NCBI RefSeq assembly: GCF_009914755.1
Contig: NC_060939.1
DNA: 64,000 nt
Origin: the human T2T-CHM13v2.0 reference genome, Homo sapiens
Reading direction: 5' to 3' (one strand)
How positions within the stretch are numbered: the stretch's first letter is position 1; each line of letters starts with the position of its first letter. The position numbers and the translations under genes were made by a program. Below are positions 1 to 15,085 of the stretch, in pieces. The notes under the pieces were generated by a model. It searched no databases. It was given only the letters and a program-made list of their open reading frames with translations, and was not told the DNA's origin.

Positions 1-1
1 G

Positions 2-121
2 CCGTCATTTCACCAAGCTGATAATGTTCGGGGAACCCGCCATCACGGGCTGGTGGAGAGGCCATCCAGGAACCGCTTCCACCCCCTCCACCGAAGGTCT
101 GGGGACAAGCCAGGGCGACAA
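2..121 (+). CDS. CRTC3: CRTC3 coding exon (exon 3, ~aa 78-117)
   Basis: Translates PSFHQADNVRGTRHHGLVERPSRNRFHPLHRRSGDKPGRQ, 120 nt, phase 0-0. Base 1 is probably the G of the acceptor AG. Followed by the U12 donor ATATCCTTT. Confidence 0.95.
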
Positions 122-1656
122 ATATCCTTTTTTACTCTTCAAAGGGAGTGTGCATTCTGAAATGTTTGAAAAGTTTTCAGGATTTATCTTCCCTGCAATT
201 CTCCTTTGGCCTCAGAATCTTCATTTATCTGATGAAAGGAGGCAATACAAATAAATGAGTTGGAAACTAGAAACATCTCTGCAGTCAACATTTGGAAACA
301 TCATTGTAGGTGTTTATGAAAGCATCAATAAAGTTCAGTTTAATGAAATAACAACAAAAACAACCTGTAATTCGGTCCCATTGCAGGGTGTTCTGAGCAT
401 TTTCTCCAGAAATTGGCCACGTTAGAGTTAAACCTGACTTTGAATCAGGTTAGAGAGCCTTAGTCTCTTTAGCAAAAATGGACATAGAGATATGTGATTT
501 ATTTGTACTTCTTTTGATCTGCTGACCTGCTTTTGGAACTTACAGACAAAATTTCATATTATTTTCTATTTGTGATGTTTCAAACTCAGTAAGTGATAAC
601 TAAAATAAACCTAGAATATAGGAAAATCTCATGCAGTGATGTACAGTCACACCAAACTCTGCTGTTAAGTAGAAATAAAGGAAAGGAAATGGTGAATTCA
701 CCTGACAGTTTCATTTAATCAGTCCTGTTTACAGGGCGGCAGTGGTGGGTGCAGCTGTGTGACCAGCATTGTGCCGAAGGCTTTGGGGAACAGAACTGAG
801 CTGGATTTTTTGGGAGAGGACACAGAAGTGTGCCAGGAGGGCCCGTGCTCTCACTTCATTCTTCTCAGTACTCGGGCGCAGGGGTGGAGGAAGGAGAAGA
901 AAGGCGGGGTGGGTCTCGCTGCGGAGAGCTGAATTCCTGGCAGTGATGGTAGAGTTGGCTTCACAAGCCTAGAAACCAGGAAGTGGGGGCAGGGCACTCA
1001 TGTTTACTGAGCACCTACCCATGCCAGGCGCTGTGCTGGGTAATTTATGTGTCACTTAGTCCTCAAAAACTCACTGAGTCGTTAATTTTTTTAACCCTCA
1101 TTTTCTGATGAGGAAACTGAGTGTGTGGTGAAGTAACCCAGGATTCAGACCAGGCCCCGCTGATGGCCCAGCCTGTGCTCTCCCCTCCCTATGCCACCTG
1201 CGACCATTCGCAGTGATGAGGACCTTGTACAAGGGAGCCAGGAGTTGTGGGGGCACTCTAGGGAAACCCCAACTTTTCTTGCCTTCAAGCTTCTTGCAGT
1301 TTTTAGTCTATTTGGAGGCAAGGATAATGACCCCAGGGAATGTTTTTCTCTCCCCTTTCTCCCGCCCCCAGGAACACACCACATTTGGTCCACAGAAGGA
1401 CTGACTTCTGATTTTGTATATTACGTGGCTGTTATCAAGGAAAGTAAAGATGATAAATGATCTTGAGAATCTATTCTGGAATGTGTGATAACTTTGACAT
1501 TGAATGAAAAAGGCAAAAGGAAATGGAGGCAATTCATCAGCAAATTTGTACATGTCAGGATGGAGTGGTACATCAAACCGTTGTCCAAATTGCCAAGAAT
1601 ATTCAGGCAAAAGACTTGGAGTGTTTCTTTGATTGATTTAACAATGTATTTTTTTT

Positions 1657-1943
1657 GGCTGGGCATGGTGGCTCACGCCTGTAATCCCAGCACTTTGGGA
1701 GGCCGAGGTGGGCAGATCACGAGGTCAGGAGATTGAGACCATCCTGGCTAACGTGGTGAAACCCCGTCTCTACTAAAATTACAAAAAATTAGCCAGGCTT
1801 GGTGGTGGGCACCTATAGTCCCAGGCTGAGGCAGGAGAATGGTGTGAACCCGGGAGGTGGAGCTTGCGGTGAACCGAGATCGCGCCACTGCACTCCAGCC
1901 TGGGCAACAGAGCGAGACTCCGTCTCAAAAAAAAAAAAAAAAA
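1657..1943 (+). mobile_element. AluY/Sc-like
   Basis: Alu dimer with A-tail, small internal deletion near 1823, imperfect TSD CAATGTAT. Confidence 0.9.
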
Positions 1944-2144
1944 ACCAATGTATATTTTTTCAGTTCTCAGTTCCCTCTTTTTCCTGTCAGTGCTCTCATT
2001 TCTATATATTAGATTAAACATTATGCTATATATACGTGTGTGTATGTATATGTGGCTATCTCAGATACTTTTGAAGTACGGTCTAAATGTATAAGCATGC
2101 ATATAGTTTTACTAACCAAAATAGAGAAGGGAATTGAAGAAAAA

Positions 2145-2735
2145 AGAGGAGAATGTTTATTCACTTATAAAAATTATTTGTTAAGTATGTGCTAGTGGTC
2201 AGACACCGTTTTAGACATTTTAATTCACTGTGACAGTAAACAGCATGGTCCCTGACCTCAAGTTGCCCAGGGTTCAGTGGGAGAGGCTACTCAGCAAACA
2301 AGCAGCCACGGCAGGTATGGCGTCTGCAGGGAGGCAGCTCAGGGGCTGTGGGAGCACGTCGGAGGTGCAGCTTGAACCAGTCTGGGGAAACGAAGAAGGC
2401 ATCCTGGGGGAACATCTGAGGCTTGAAGGATAAGAAGTAAGAGGATAAAGTGTTCATTCAGCAGATCTTTACAGAGCCCCGTCTCTGTGCCAGGCACTGT
2501 TCTAAGCACTGGGGACCCAGTGATGAATAAGGGAGGCATACTTCCTGCTTTCTTGAGTTCACAGTCCTGTGGGAGATGACAGCAAACAGGCAATAAGAAA
2601 GGAAAATGGTTTTAGATGGTAATGAGTGAGATTTAAGAGAGTAAAGCAGTTGGGAGGTATGTTCCAGGCAGAGGGAAGAGAATGTGGTGCAAAGTCCTAC
2701 CCAGAAGGGGAGATGACTTCTTGTGTTCAGGGGAC
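2145..2735 (-). mobile_element. L2 3'-end fragments (two)
   Basis: TTCATTCA..GTGCCAGGCACTGTTCTAAGCACTGGGG..AGTGATGAATAAG pattern. Confidence 0.6.
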
Positions 2736-5700
2736 CCTATCTCTTATGATAGGGTATAATCTGGCACTGTATGGATCAACTTGAGAGCATAAGCAAAGCT
2801 AGTCAACTCCTAAAGGAAGGAGAAACAAAAACCAAGTTAATATGCAGAGAAATTAAAGTTATTAGACAGTATGAGTCAGATTCACTGATCATGAGCCATG
2901 TCTCTGTGGTCTCCTAAGCTCCTAAATTGGGGTCCTGGGACTGGACATCGGTTGATGCAAAGAAAGTTCTTTAGCCCAGTCTCTTTTGAGGAATCAAGGG
3001 TCCGTGAAATGGGATGATTTTATTTTGGTGTTAATCTATTCCACTTGGAGGAGGAGGGCTGTGATTCCGTCTTTGCTTTCACGACCTGCATTCTGTTGGT
3101 TGTGAAATAATCTGCTTAAAATTGTGGCCTTGAACATTTGTCTATGACTTTTTAAATGAAGTTTCTTCATTTGAAAGTATAAAATACTAGTTTGAATCTT
3201 TGTTAGAACAAAAGGAAAAAATCAGAATTATTATAGCTGTTTCTTGGCTTGGGTGTTATTTAAGACACACTGGCTTAGACAAGGGTTTTAAGGGTTCACT
3301 CCTATGATAGGGTGATCTCAAATAAAACGAACATTGTTTAACAAATACTCTGGCCTCCTCTCAGAGTGGGCAGCCACAGCACGCAGAGCTCTGCCACAGG
3401 AGATTCCTTCTGGAGTGGGCTTTGCCCTTGGCATGGGTGGCCACACAAGACCAAGGCACAGCTGCAGCTGGGCCCTGGCCTAGCCCCACACAGGCGGAGG
3501 AGAGGCACTGCCAGGGCTTGCTCCTGGCTGGGGGCCTGGGCTCGGGCACTTGGAAGAGAAGCTCTTCTGCCCTTCTGCAGATGTGCAGTCTGTAGCAGCC
3601 CTTCTTACTCTCACTCATCAAGGTTGGCAGACGTGCCGTGTCCCAAACACCATTGCTAAACTTCTGAACTATTAACATAAATTTATAGCAAATAAAATAT
3701 TTTCTCAGCCTTGTGGATGACACGCTCAGAAGGAAACACGAAATGCCTTCCTTGAAAGGAAGTCAAGAGTTCACCAGCGTGAAGGGTCGTGAAGAGATGC
3801 CTAAGACCTACTAGAGTTAGGAATGATTCTCCTCTCTGGGCTGGGCCTTGCTTTGATTCTTTTCATCATAATGAGATGAAAATGTTAGGACATTGGTTTA
3901 TAGGACACTGTTTCTTTGAGATGCATGGCCTATTACATTTGAGAAACACCATACTCTGTATCACCTCTTGGAGCCTGACCGTATATATCAGGGCTCTGAA
4001 AAGTCCTGCAGTTAATAAACTTCTTATCTTTAACCCAGAATTTCAAAACTTAAGTGATCACAAAATCCAACTGTTACCTAACACCCGTCTTATCTTGAAG
4101 GACAAGGAAACATTGGTCTTTAGAATTTTAAGGGGGAAATATTCTGACTTCACAATACCACATGCAACCTGTTTGCCTCTCATTTGCTGAGGGAAACAGG
4201 ATGTTCTTATAAATGCAAGGACTCAAAAAGATGCCACTCATATCCTCCCTTACAGTTTCACTTTAAGATGTCTTCTAGTGGGACATAGTTAGAGGTAAAG
4301 GGACAAAAGGAAGTAGAATGACAATAAACACATGGCTGAGCAATCAGGAAGGAGCCAAATTGTGGCCAGTTTTCTATATTAAATCTGACCCTGAAACTTG
4401 TCTTGGTAGGTGGGTTCTGTTAACCAGACTCCGAGTCCACTTACCCCACCAGCTACATGGAAGGTCTCAGGCCTGCCCCACAAACTGTGTCCCTGGCAGA
4501 ACACAGAGTTCCAGAGCAGGAGAGAAATGACTGGCTTCCAGGCTGCCCCGACAAGGCAGTTCCTGAGCCCTGCCCAGGTACACTGACCGCACAGGGACGG
4601 GAAGCCAAGAGAAGGGAACCCTGGGCCTGCTCACCCAGCCGCAGGTCAAGCAGCACAAAGAAAGGGCCAGGGCGGGTCTTGTTTTCAGCTTCTGTGGCTC
4701 AGTAACCCCACCCACTGGTAAACTGGCCAACTGATGTCCTCTCTTATCAGAAGAAGAAGAGCTGCTCCCCTTCCTTTGGTGAAGAGTAAGAACTGTTCCC
4801 TCTAACACTCCACAGGTTGAGAGGAACAGCAGTCCCTGTGTTGATGGATTGAGGCAGTAACTCGAGGAGGAAGATTTTCCTGCACAGAACTGCAGAGGCT
4901 TGGGGAGAGAGAGAACACACTGGGATGACTCTGAGATCCTAACCTGAGTGTCTTGGTGGACGGTGGCCTCACTAAATGAGATGGACTATAAGAAGAGGAA
5001 CAGATTAAGGGGACAGTGATTGGTTGGATTTTTGGTAGAATTTGAGCTGTCTTGGGTACTTTTGGCAGAGAACTTGAGTAGGCAGTTGGAAGTATGCACT
5101 TGGAGTTCACAAAAGAACTGTTGGGAGCTGGAGGTGTCGATTTATGAGTTACTGGACTGTGGGTGACAGTGGGGCCGAGGGAAGGATGCGATTGGCCAAG
5201 GCGAGCATGGAGGACAGGGGCTCTCTACCAGGAAGACGGGCACTGGCCCTGAGGCTCTTAGGAAGCGCCTCCTAAAGCTCCTGTGCCCGGAGGCTCCCGC
5301 CACCCCCTCCACCTGCTCACACTCTGCCTGGTGCCCAGGGATCCTGAGAGCATCCTTTGCCTCTCAGAGCAATGCAGGCAGGTGTGGCCTGAGGCTGCGA
5401 GGCCACAGGACCCCAGGGAACATCAGGACGGAAGGCAAAGGGGCGGAAAGGAGTGCACAGAGGGATAAGAAAAGATCCATGTGAGTGTGGGGATTTTTTT
5501 TTTTAACTTTAATTTTTGTTTCCATCCATTGCAGCCACCTCTTCTTTGTTTATCTTTTTCATCATCCCTCCTCCCTGCCTTCCTTTTTTAATGTGGAAAT
5601 CTTCCTTGAGCCAAAGGCTTCACTAAGCTTAACTAAGGAAGCAATGGAGGAGGCGCTGATGTGGTTGTTAAAAGCCCTGTGACCTGTGCTGCCCTTCCGC

Positions 5701-6859
5701 TGGCACGCTGGCACCTGGCAGGGATGCCAGAAATGTTTCTTGAGTAAATGGTAAATTCAAGTTTATAAATAAGAGTGTTTCCTTTGTCTCGAGGTTGTTA
5801 CTTAGGGCATGTCAGTGTTGTGGAGTAGTTTAAAGCCACCTGAATGAAGTTTTCTGAAGTTTTCCAAAGAACAAATAAACTTCTTCTAGATTTTCCTTGC
5901 ATTAAGTATAAGTGTATAACATGAGTGGTTCTCTTGGGTTTTCAAATATCCACTAAATTAGATGAGAGTGAAAATTAAGAGAGCTCAGAGGTCACATCTT
6001 TCAACTTTTGATGCCTCAGCCTAATTATATTAAAAATTTCCAGGAATTTACTATATTTTCATGTTGTTAATATCAGGAAGGTTAAAATGCTAACTTACAC
6101 CTCAACATTGAAATCACCAGCGTTTGATGATTACGTGACTATTACACCACTGCATTCTAATTTGTATTATCAGTACTATGAGATCAGAGATACTGAGTTT
6201 AAAGACGGCAGTGTACTGAGAAAAATGGTAAACTTCTACTTCCTGAAATTAAGCGTTTCTGAACAGAGATTCATCAAATCTGCAGAAAAGAGAAAGGCAG
6301 ATAACCGTAGGTTCTGAGGCTCGGTGTTTCCTCCCTAATGGCTTTGCCAACAGAAATACTGACAGGTTTTGTCTGTCACGGGCCTTCCTATTTATCACCT
6401 TTTCCTCTCCTACCTCCTACTGTGGTCTTGCCTCATCTGTACTTCATGTACCTTAAGCCTAATAGTGAATGTTGAAGAAATGTCTCTCTTTGGAAATTAT
6501 CTGTTTTATTTTATTGATTTAAGGTCAAATTAAGAAATAAGATAATGAGACTTGTCAAAGAAAACGAATACGTAGAAGATGAAACTTGCAATCCTAATGC
6601 CTCTCCTGGCAAAGAAGACATTTCCCACCAAATCACTAAGAACTCATGAGAGCCTCCGTTTTCCTAATTCCAGATTCTGTATTTATTTGAGCTGCCCAGC
6701 CCAGGCCTGCAGGATAGGGCCCCACTCCATCAAGGCTCCTGTTTCCTCCTGAGCCCGAGCAGATGGTACCTTCTCTTATAGCCTCCATCCTTCTTCCCAG
6801 AACACTCCAGGTACTATTTTCTATTTTCTGGGGGCATTTGGCATAGTTCACTGTTTGCT

Positions 6860-7090
6860 GAGAGGCAGCATAGCTTAGCGGAGAGCTCTCAGGCTTTGGT
6901 GTCAGTGATTTGTGGGTCTGACCCCTGATCCACCAGGCGTGATATCTGATCTTGGATTTCTCAGCTCTTCTAGAACTGAGCCTCAGTTTCTTCGGCTATA
7001 AAATGGGGAAAATATCTGCCTCTCAGGATTGAGGTTAAATAAAGTCTGAACTCAGCACAGGCCTGGCACACAGTAGGTGCTTAGATATCT
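6860..7090 (+). mobile_element. MIR
   Basis: CTGAGCCTCAGTTTCTTC..TATAAAATGGG core and GCCTGGCACACAGTAGGTGCT end. Confidence 0.7.
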
Positions 7091-7739
7091 GTTTTCAAAT
7101 TTCTGTCTTAATGTGTAGTTTGTATCTTCTTTATTATTTCCACCTTAAGAAATAAAAGTTTGGGATGAAAAGTATTATTGGTAACTGCCGAATGTATATT
7201 TAATCCAATCAGTGATCCAGGAGACAAAAGGAATGGGCTTGGTTTGGGTGAGTGATAAGGAGGCAACCTTCCACATAGGAGGTGAGAAAGGGGAAATGGC
7301 CTTAGCAAAGGCAGAGGGGCAGGAAAATACAGGCTGTGTTTGTGGAACTCAGAAAGCTGGAGGGAAGACAAGAGCAGAAGAGACCATTGTCCCCAAATTG
7401 TGGATCACCGCAATTACTAAGCCAGTAAGTTTTGATTTTGCCTTTTAGGCTGAACAAAATCATTGAAGATTTCTTAGCAGAATAATATGATTAACAGTGT
7501 CTTCAGAAGGCTATTGTGTGGGAACAATTAACTAAACGAATGAAAACAGCGCCCCTCTGCTCGGTGTGTAGTGCAGCATCCCATTTGTGTCTCCGTGCGT
7601 CCAGAATATGCTCCAAGGCATGCTAGACCCAGTGAACAACACAAGACTGATAAGACAGTGCCCCCAACAACACTGGAAAGTTTACCTTTCTTCACACATC
7701 TAATGCGCCTCTTTTTTGGTTATAAATACCAGGAACCCC

Positions 7740-8490
<751 letters not shown>

Positions 8491-8692
8491 TCATGCAAAG
8501 AAAACACCGGTTAGAAGACAGCAGAATAGACTTGTCCTCAAGGAGGGAGATAAGAGAAAGCATGAAGGAAGAGCTGTCAGGTACAGGGATAAGGAACCAA
8601 AAACTCAGTTGTTTAACTCTCTGTGAGTCCACCTTGTTAATTCTGCTTCATCTTTCCATTAATTTTTATTTTTCCTTTATTAAAAATTCTAC

Positions 8693-8754
8693 TTTGATGG
8701 TAGTGCTTTTGGAGCCAATTATTCCTCACAGCCTCTGGATGAGAGTTGGCCAAG
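8693..8754 (+). CDS. CRTC3: CRTC3 exon 4
   Basis: FDGSAFGANYSSQPLDESWP(R), 62 nt; AC acceptor, donor AG|GTAAGC. Confidence 0.93.
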
Positions 8755-8892
8755 GTAAGCAAGACATACTTTAAAAGATATGATGGGCATGTGTTATTTT
8801 TAGATAATTTCACTTTATCCACTTTGAATGTTGTTTAGAAATTTCTAATATAAAGCATAGAATCCTGTTTTCTCTTATAACATTTAATTTCA

Positions 8893-9050
8893 GTGGGAGG
8901 ATCACTTGAGACCAGGAGTTTTGAGGCTGTTGTGTGTGATGATGGGGCCTGTGAATAGCTACTGCACTCCAGCCCGGGCAGCATAGCAAGACGCCATCTC
9001 TTAAAAACAAACAAACAAACAAAACAACAACAACAACAACAACAACAAAA
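8893..9050 (+). mobile_element. FAM (fossil Alu monomer) fragment with (AAAC)n(AAC)n tail
   Basis: 7SL-type GCCTGTGAATAGC(T)ACTGCACTCCAGCC, which dimeric Alus lack. Confidence 0.75.
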
Positions 9051-9059
9051 CACCTTATT

Positions 9060-9404
<345 letters not shown>

Positions 9405-9527
9405 TTATTTAAAGAAATCTAGATCTTCATATTTAAAACCAAATAGAAACACTTTTGGAATATATTTACCAGCAGAATACTCAGATATGGCATTCTTATG
9501 TTTGAGACTTAGAAAAATAAGCATCTT

Positions 9528-9882
<355 letters not shown>

Positions 9883-10750
9883 TTAAAATGGTAATTTGCA
9901 CAGTGTATTTGATTTAAGGTCTCTTTGAGTATTTTTGTACCCAATACAGAGGGTAACAGGAAATAGAATTAACTGAGAAAAAGCCCCTGCTGCATCTGTT
10001 GTGTGCCTAGTATCATTTTCAGATCACCAAGTCAGATTTAGGACGCATTTAAAATGTGTGTATCAAAAATATTTAGCTCTCCGGATTGAAGTCTACTCTC
10101 CATCCATTCTCTGGGCAAATACTGACTGAGAACTTACTGTGTATAATGTAGTCTGGATCTGGGAAAGGAAATAAAGATGGGTAACAGTGGGTCCCCACCT
10201 CAGGTAGGTTTTCAGCTGCCCTCAAGAATCTTGGGATCCAGGGTTGTAGAATAAATACAATATTTTATTACATCAGTAAAAGTCATCTCCAAACTGTTAT
10301 TTTTCTTTTATGTATCCAAGAAATGTCTTCTGCTTTTCAGAGCACCAAGACTGGTTAGACTTAATATTTTCATACCCTGGGCAACTGTAACAATTCTATT
10401 CCTCTTCATGGCCATTGGTAGGGGAATGCAAAATTTTTGCATCCAAGATTGCCACGGCGCCCCCTACATGCACACTGAACTCCTCATCTGCCCAGCTAGC
10501 TAATCCTGTGCCTTATGGGTTTGTAGTAGTTTTTATACTGGAAATCAGAGATCACAGGACTGGAAGGATCATGGAGTCTTACCTCATTTTAACAATGATG
10601 AGCAAAATGAGCGAGGTGTGGGGTATTTTTAAGTAACTCTTGCAGAGCGAGGTGAGTAGAAGAGCCAGTTCTCAAATGCAAGTGCTGAGGCCCTCCTTTG
10701 CTGTCTGTGGATTGACTTCTTTTCCTTTTATGTTGTTCTGGTTTTTAAAG

Positions 10751-10813
10751 GCAGCAGCCTCCTTGGAAAGACGAAAAGCATCCTGGGTTCAGGCTGACAT
10801 CTGCACTTAACAG
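10751..10813 (+). CDS. CRTC3: CRTC3 exon 5
   Basis: (R)QQPPWKDEKHPGFRLTSALN(R), 63 nt; TTTTTAAAG| and AG|GTACAT. Confidence 0.93.
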
Positions 10814-10969
10814 GTACATGGGTTGTTTCCTGGTAGGAGTAGATTTTAAAGCAATTTAACTGTCCTGATATTTTTTACATAGCATCCAGTTGCCAGAGTG
10901 TGTTTATGTAAGCTGTGTTGATATGACATGTTCAAAACAAAACCCACCATTTTTTGAGTGTCTACAGGG

Positions 10970-11180
10970 GAAAGTATAGAGCACACGAGGTCTGGGATGA
11001 GACTCCCAGGGTTTGCATCTTGCTGTATGACCTTGAGTAGATTTTTAAACTTCTGATTGCCTCAGTTTACTCATTTGAAAAATGGAGATAATGCTACCTA
11101 GATCATGGGTTGGTTGTGAGGGTTGAATAAGATAATACCTGGGAAGCATATGTGCTGAATAAACATCAGCTATTATCATG
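10970..11180 (+). mobile_element. MIR
   Basis: GCCTCAGTTTACTCATTTGAAAAATGGAGATAAT core. Confidence 0.7.
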
Positions 11181-11328
11181 ATCACTTTGGGCCAGACTCC
11201 AGGAGTAAGAGTTCTACCTCAGCCATTTTTTTTCAATCCTGACAACACCCTACAAGAATGAGTATTATTTTCCATTCTAAAAGGTTAAGTGACTTGTTTA
11301 AGGGCCTTAGCTAATAGGTGAAGGACTA

Positions 11329-11632
<304 letters not shown>

Positions 11633-12283
11633 CCCGATGAATGGTGCAAAATTTTAAATATACTCAAACAGAAGAGTTATAAAAGGCCTGTGGTGCCCAT
11701 CCTCAGCTTCACTCATTATCAGCATTCTGCCAGTCTCTCCAAACCTACCTCCCACCTCAGTCCCGTGACTGGCTAGTATAGTATTGTACCTTGAAATGTC
11801 TCCAGCAGTTTAAGGCCGACGAGAACCTTTTTTAAAAAACATAACCACAATGCCGCTATTACACTTAACAAAATTAAAAATAACTCCTTAATATAATTCA
11901 ATGCCTGGTCGGTATTTAGATTTTCCCAGTTGGCTCTGCATTCGTTTGATATTCTCTTGAGTCTCTTTGAATCTGTAAAGAGGCTGGAATCTGAACCCAG
12001 GTCTCTCTGATCTCAGCGGCCACGCTCTTTCTGTTGCACTGTGGGTTCTGCCCTTGTCTGCCTCTTCCCTCCTCTGAAGCCACGTGGCTTCATAGCCACC
12101 TGAGGCTGTCACTGGAATGAACCACAAAGAAGCACTGTAGGCTAATGAAGTTGCTTACCGTAAAGTCCTTTCTATGGCCGACAGTTTGACCTTATGATGA
12201 GATAAATAGATAATCATCTCTTGCAACCAAAGCTGTGTAGACATTGAAGCTATCTGGGAGAATTTCAGAAATTTGCTATACAT

Positions 12284-13338
<1,055 letters not shown>

Positions 13339-13725
13339 TCTAAGTGATCCTTTACTTAGAAACAGCTACTCTCAGGTGGAGAAAACCTAGTGCAGCCACA
13401 GCCAGCTTCCGAGCTGGGAAGAATAGGAAGCTCTTAGACGGAAGCCATGAATCCGAGGCCCACCTTGTTGAACTTGATCGCCATGCCATCAGCTTCAGCA
13501 TATAAGGCTATATGAGTCTAAGTTAAAATATTCTGGAGTGTGGGCGATCCTCAGAGGCTGTTAATTGATATAAAGAACTTCAGGTAGGTCCTAACCCCTT
13601 ATTTGATGGTTGATTATAAATCAGTTATTCTTGCCTTCTTTCCTGTTGGTAATATTCAACAAAGACTATTGCATTTTCACTAAGGAAAACGGATTTTCAG
13701 CCAGCCTCTCTCCTCCCCTCCTTAG

Positions 13726-13826
13726 GACCAATTCTGATTCTGCTCTTCACACGAGTGCTCTGAGTACCAAGCCCCAGGACCCCTATGGAGGAGGGGGCCA
13801 GTCGGCCTGGCCTGCCCCATACATGG
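13726..13826 (+). CDS. CRTC3: CRTC3 exon 6 (SIK/AMPK site S162, RTNSDSALH)
   Basis: (R)TNSDSALHTSALSTKPQDPYGGGGQSAWPAPYM(G), 101 nt; CCTTAG| and G|GTAAGA. Hallmark CRTC-family motif. Confidence 0.96.
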
Positions 13827-14559
13827 GTAAGACACACAGGCCACTGCTGACAGCAGCTGTGCTTGCTCATTCTGTCCTAGGAACCAAGGGAGAGAGAAGC
13901 TGAAGTGGTGTTTGCGCTTCCCGGTTCAGTGATCTTAGAGAGGCAGCTCGTGGCAGGGAAGCGTGTGTGTCCATGATGCAGTCAGGATGGATGGAGCTCC
14001 CAGCGTCCCCTGCCTCTGCCCTGCTTCCTCCACAGCACGCTCTCCCTCTTGGTGTCTCTTGGCCCTCTTCTGGGCACCCGTCATCTTCTAATAACTTCCT
14101 GACTGGTCTCCTGATTTCCAGTCTCACATCCCTTCAATCCAGTTTTATGTTAAGTTCCCCAAGAGTCCTCTTTCCCCACCCAGGATCTGAACAAACTGAG
14201 AAATACAACTAGAAGTGACAGTCAGAGCTAGATATCACCTTTATTACTACTAAGACCAGGTTGGAGGAAGTGACTGTCTCTGTAGGTTGGTGGGCCTGCT
14301 GAGACTGAACCCCAGCATGAGGCTGACTCCCCCTGAGTGGCTGGCAGCACTGGCCAGTGTGGTCCCCTGGGAGGAGGGGTCAGGCAAGCCTGGGGGAGGG
14401 AGGGTGGAGCAGAGGCCTGCTGCCTTGAGATGGGGGAAGAGGAGGTCGGGCTGGAACTGTGCATCACCTGCTCAGTTGCCCCCTGGCCACTGTGAGTAAG
14501 GGGATGGAGAGAGGCCAGGAGTAACCCGGAGTGGGGAAGAGGCCCACTCATGCCATCTC

Positions 14560-15085
14560 ACAGCTCTGCTTCCAGAGCGAACCCAAACCTGATCATCTTG
14601 CTCTCCCACTTAAAATCCTCAGTGCCACCCCTCACCTTCAGGAGAAAGAGCCCAGATCTTCTTTGGAATGACATGAGCCCCAAGGCCTGGCTCCTGTCTG
14701 CCTCTCTCCCTTTTCTCTCTGCTCCCCCGCCTCACACCCAAGGTAGCCATGCGAACCACTTTGGGTTCTACTGGTGTTTCTTCCTGTTCCTGTCTCTTCC
14801 TCTCTCTCTCACTCCTGGCCAGCACCCTCTCCATCCGTAAGCCTCAGCTTGTGTGTGTCCTCATGTCTGTGGAGCCATCCTTGACCTTCCTTCCTCTCAG
14901 CTCAGAGTTATCGTGTCCTTCTAACATCCCAGACTGCTCTCTTAGCACCTGCAATGCTTGGCTGCTTTTTTATGTGAACATGCATCTCTTTCTCTGTTCA
15001 GTGTAGATTTCTTGAAGGCAGCATCTTAATGGTCTTGTTCTCTCCAGCCCCTAGCACAGTGCCTGGCACAGAGGAGCCCGTACTG
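14560..15085 (+). mobile_element. L2 fragment
   Basis: Ends TTGAAGGCAG..CCCCTAGCACAGTGCCTGGCACAGAG. Confidence 0.55.

Noticed and set aside
24-254. 76-aa ORF overlapping exon 3
   Set aside because: It is in a different frame from CRTC3 and runs into the intron.
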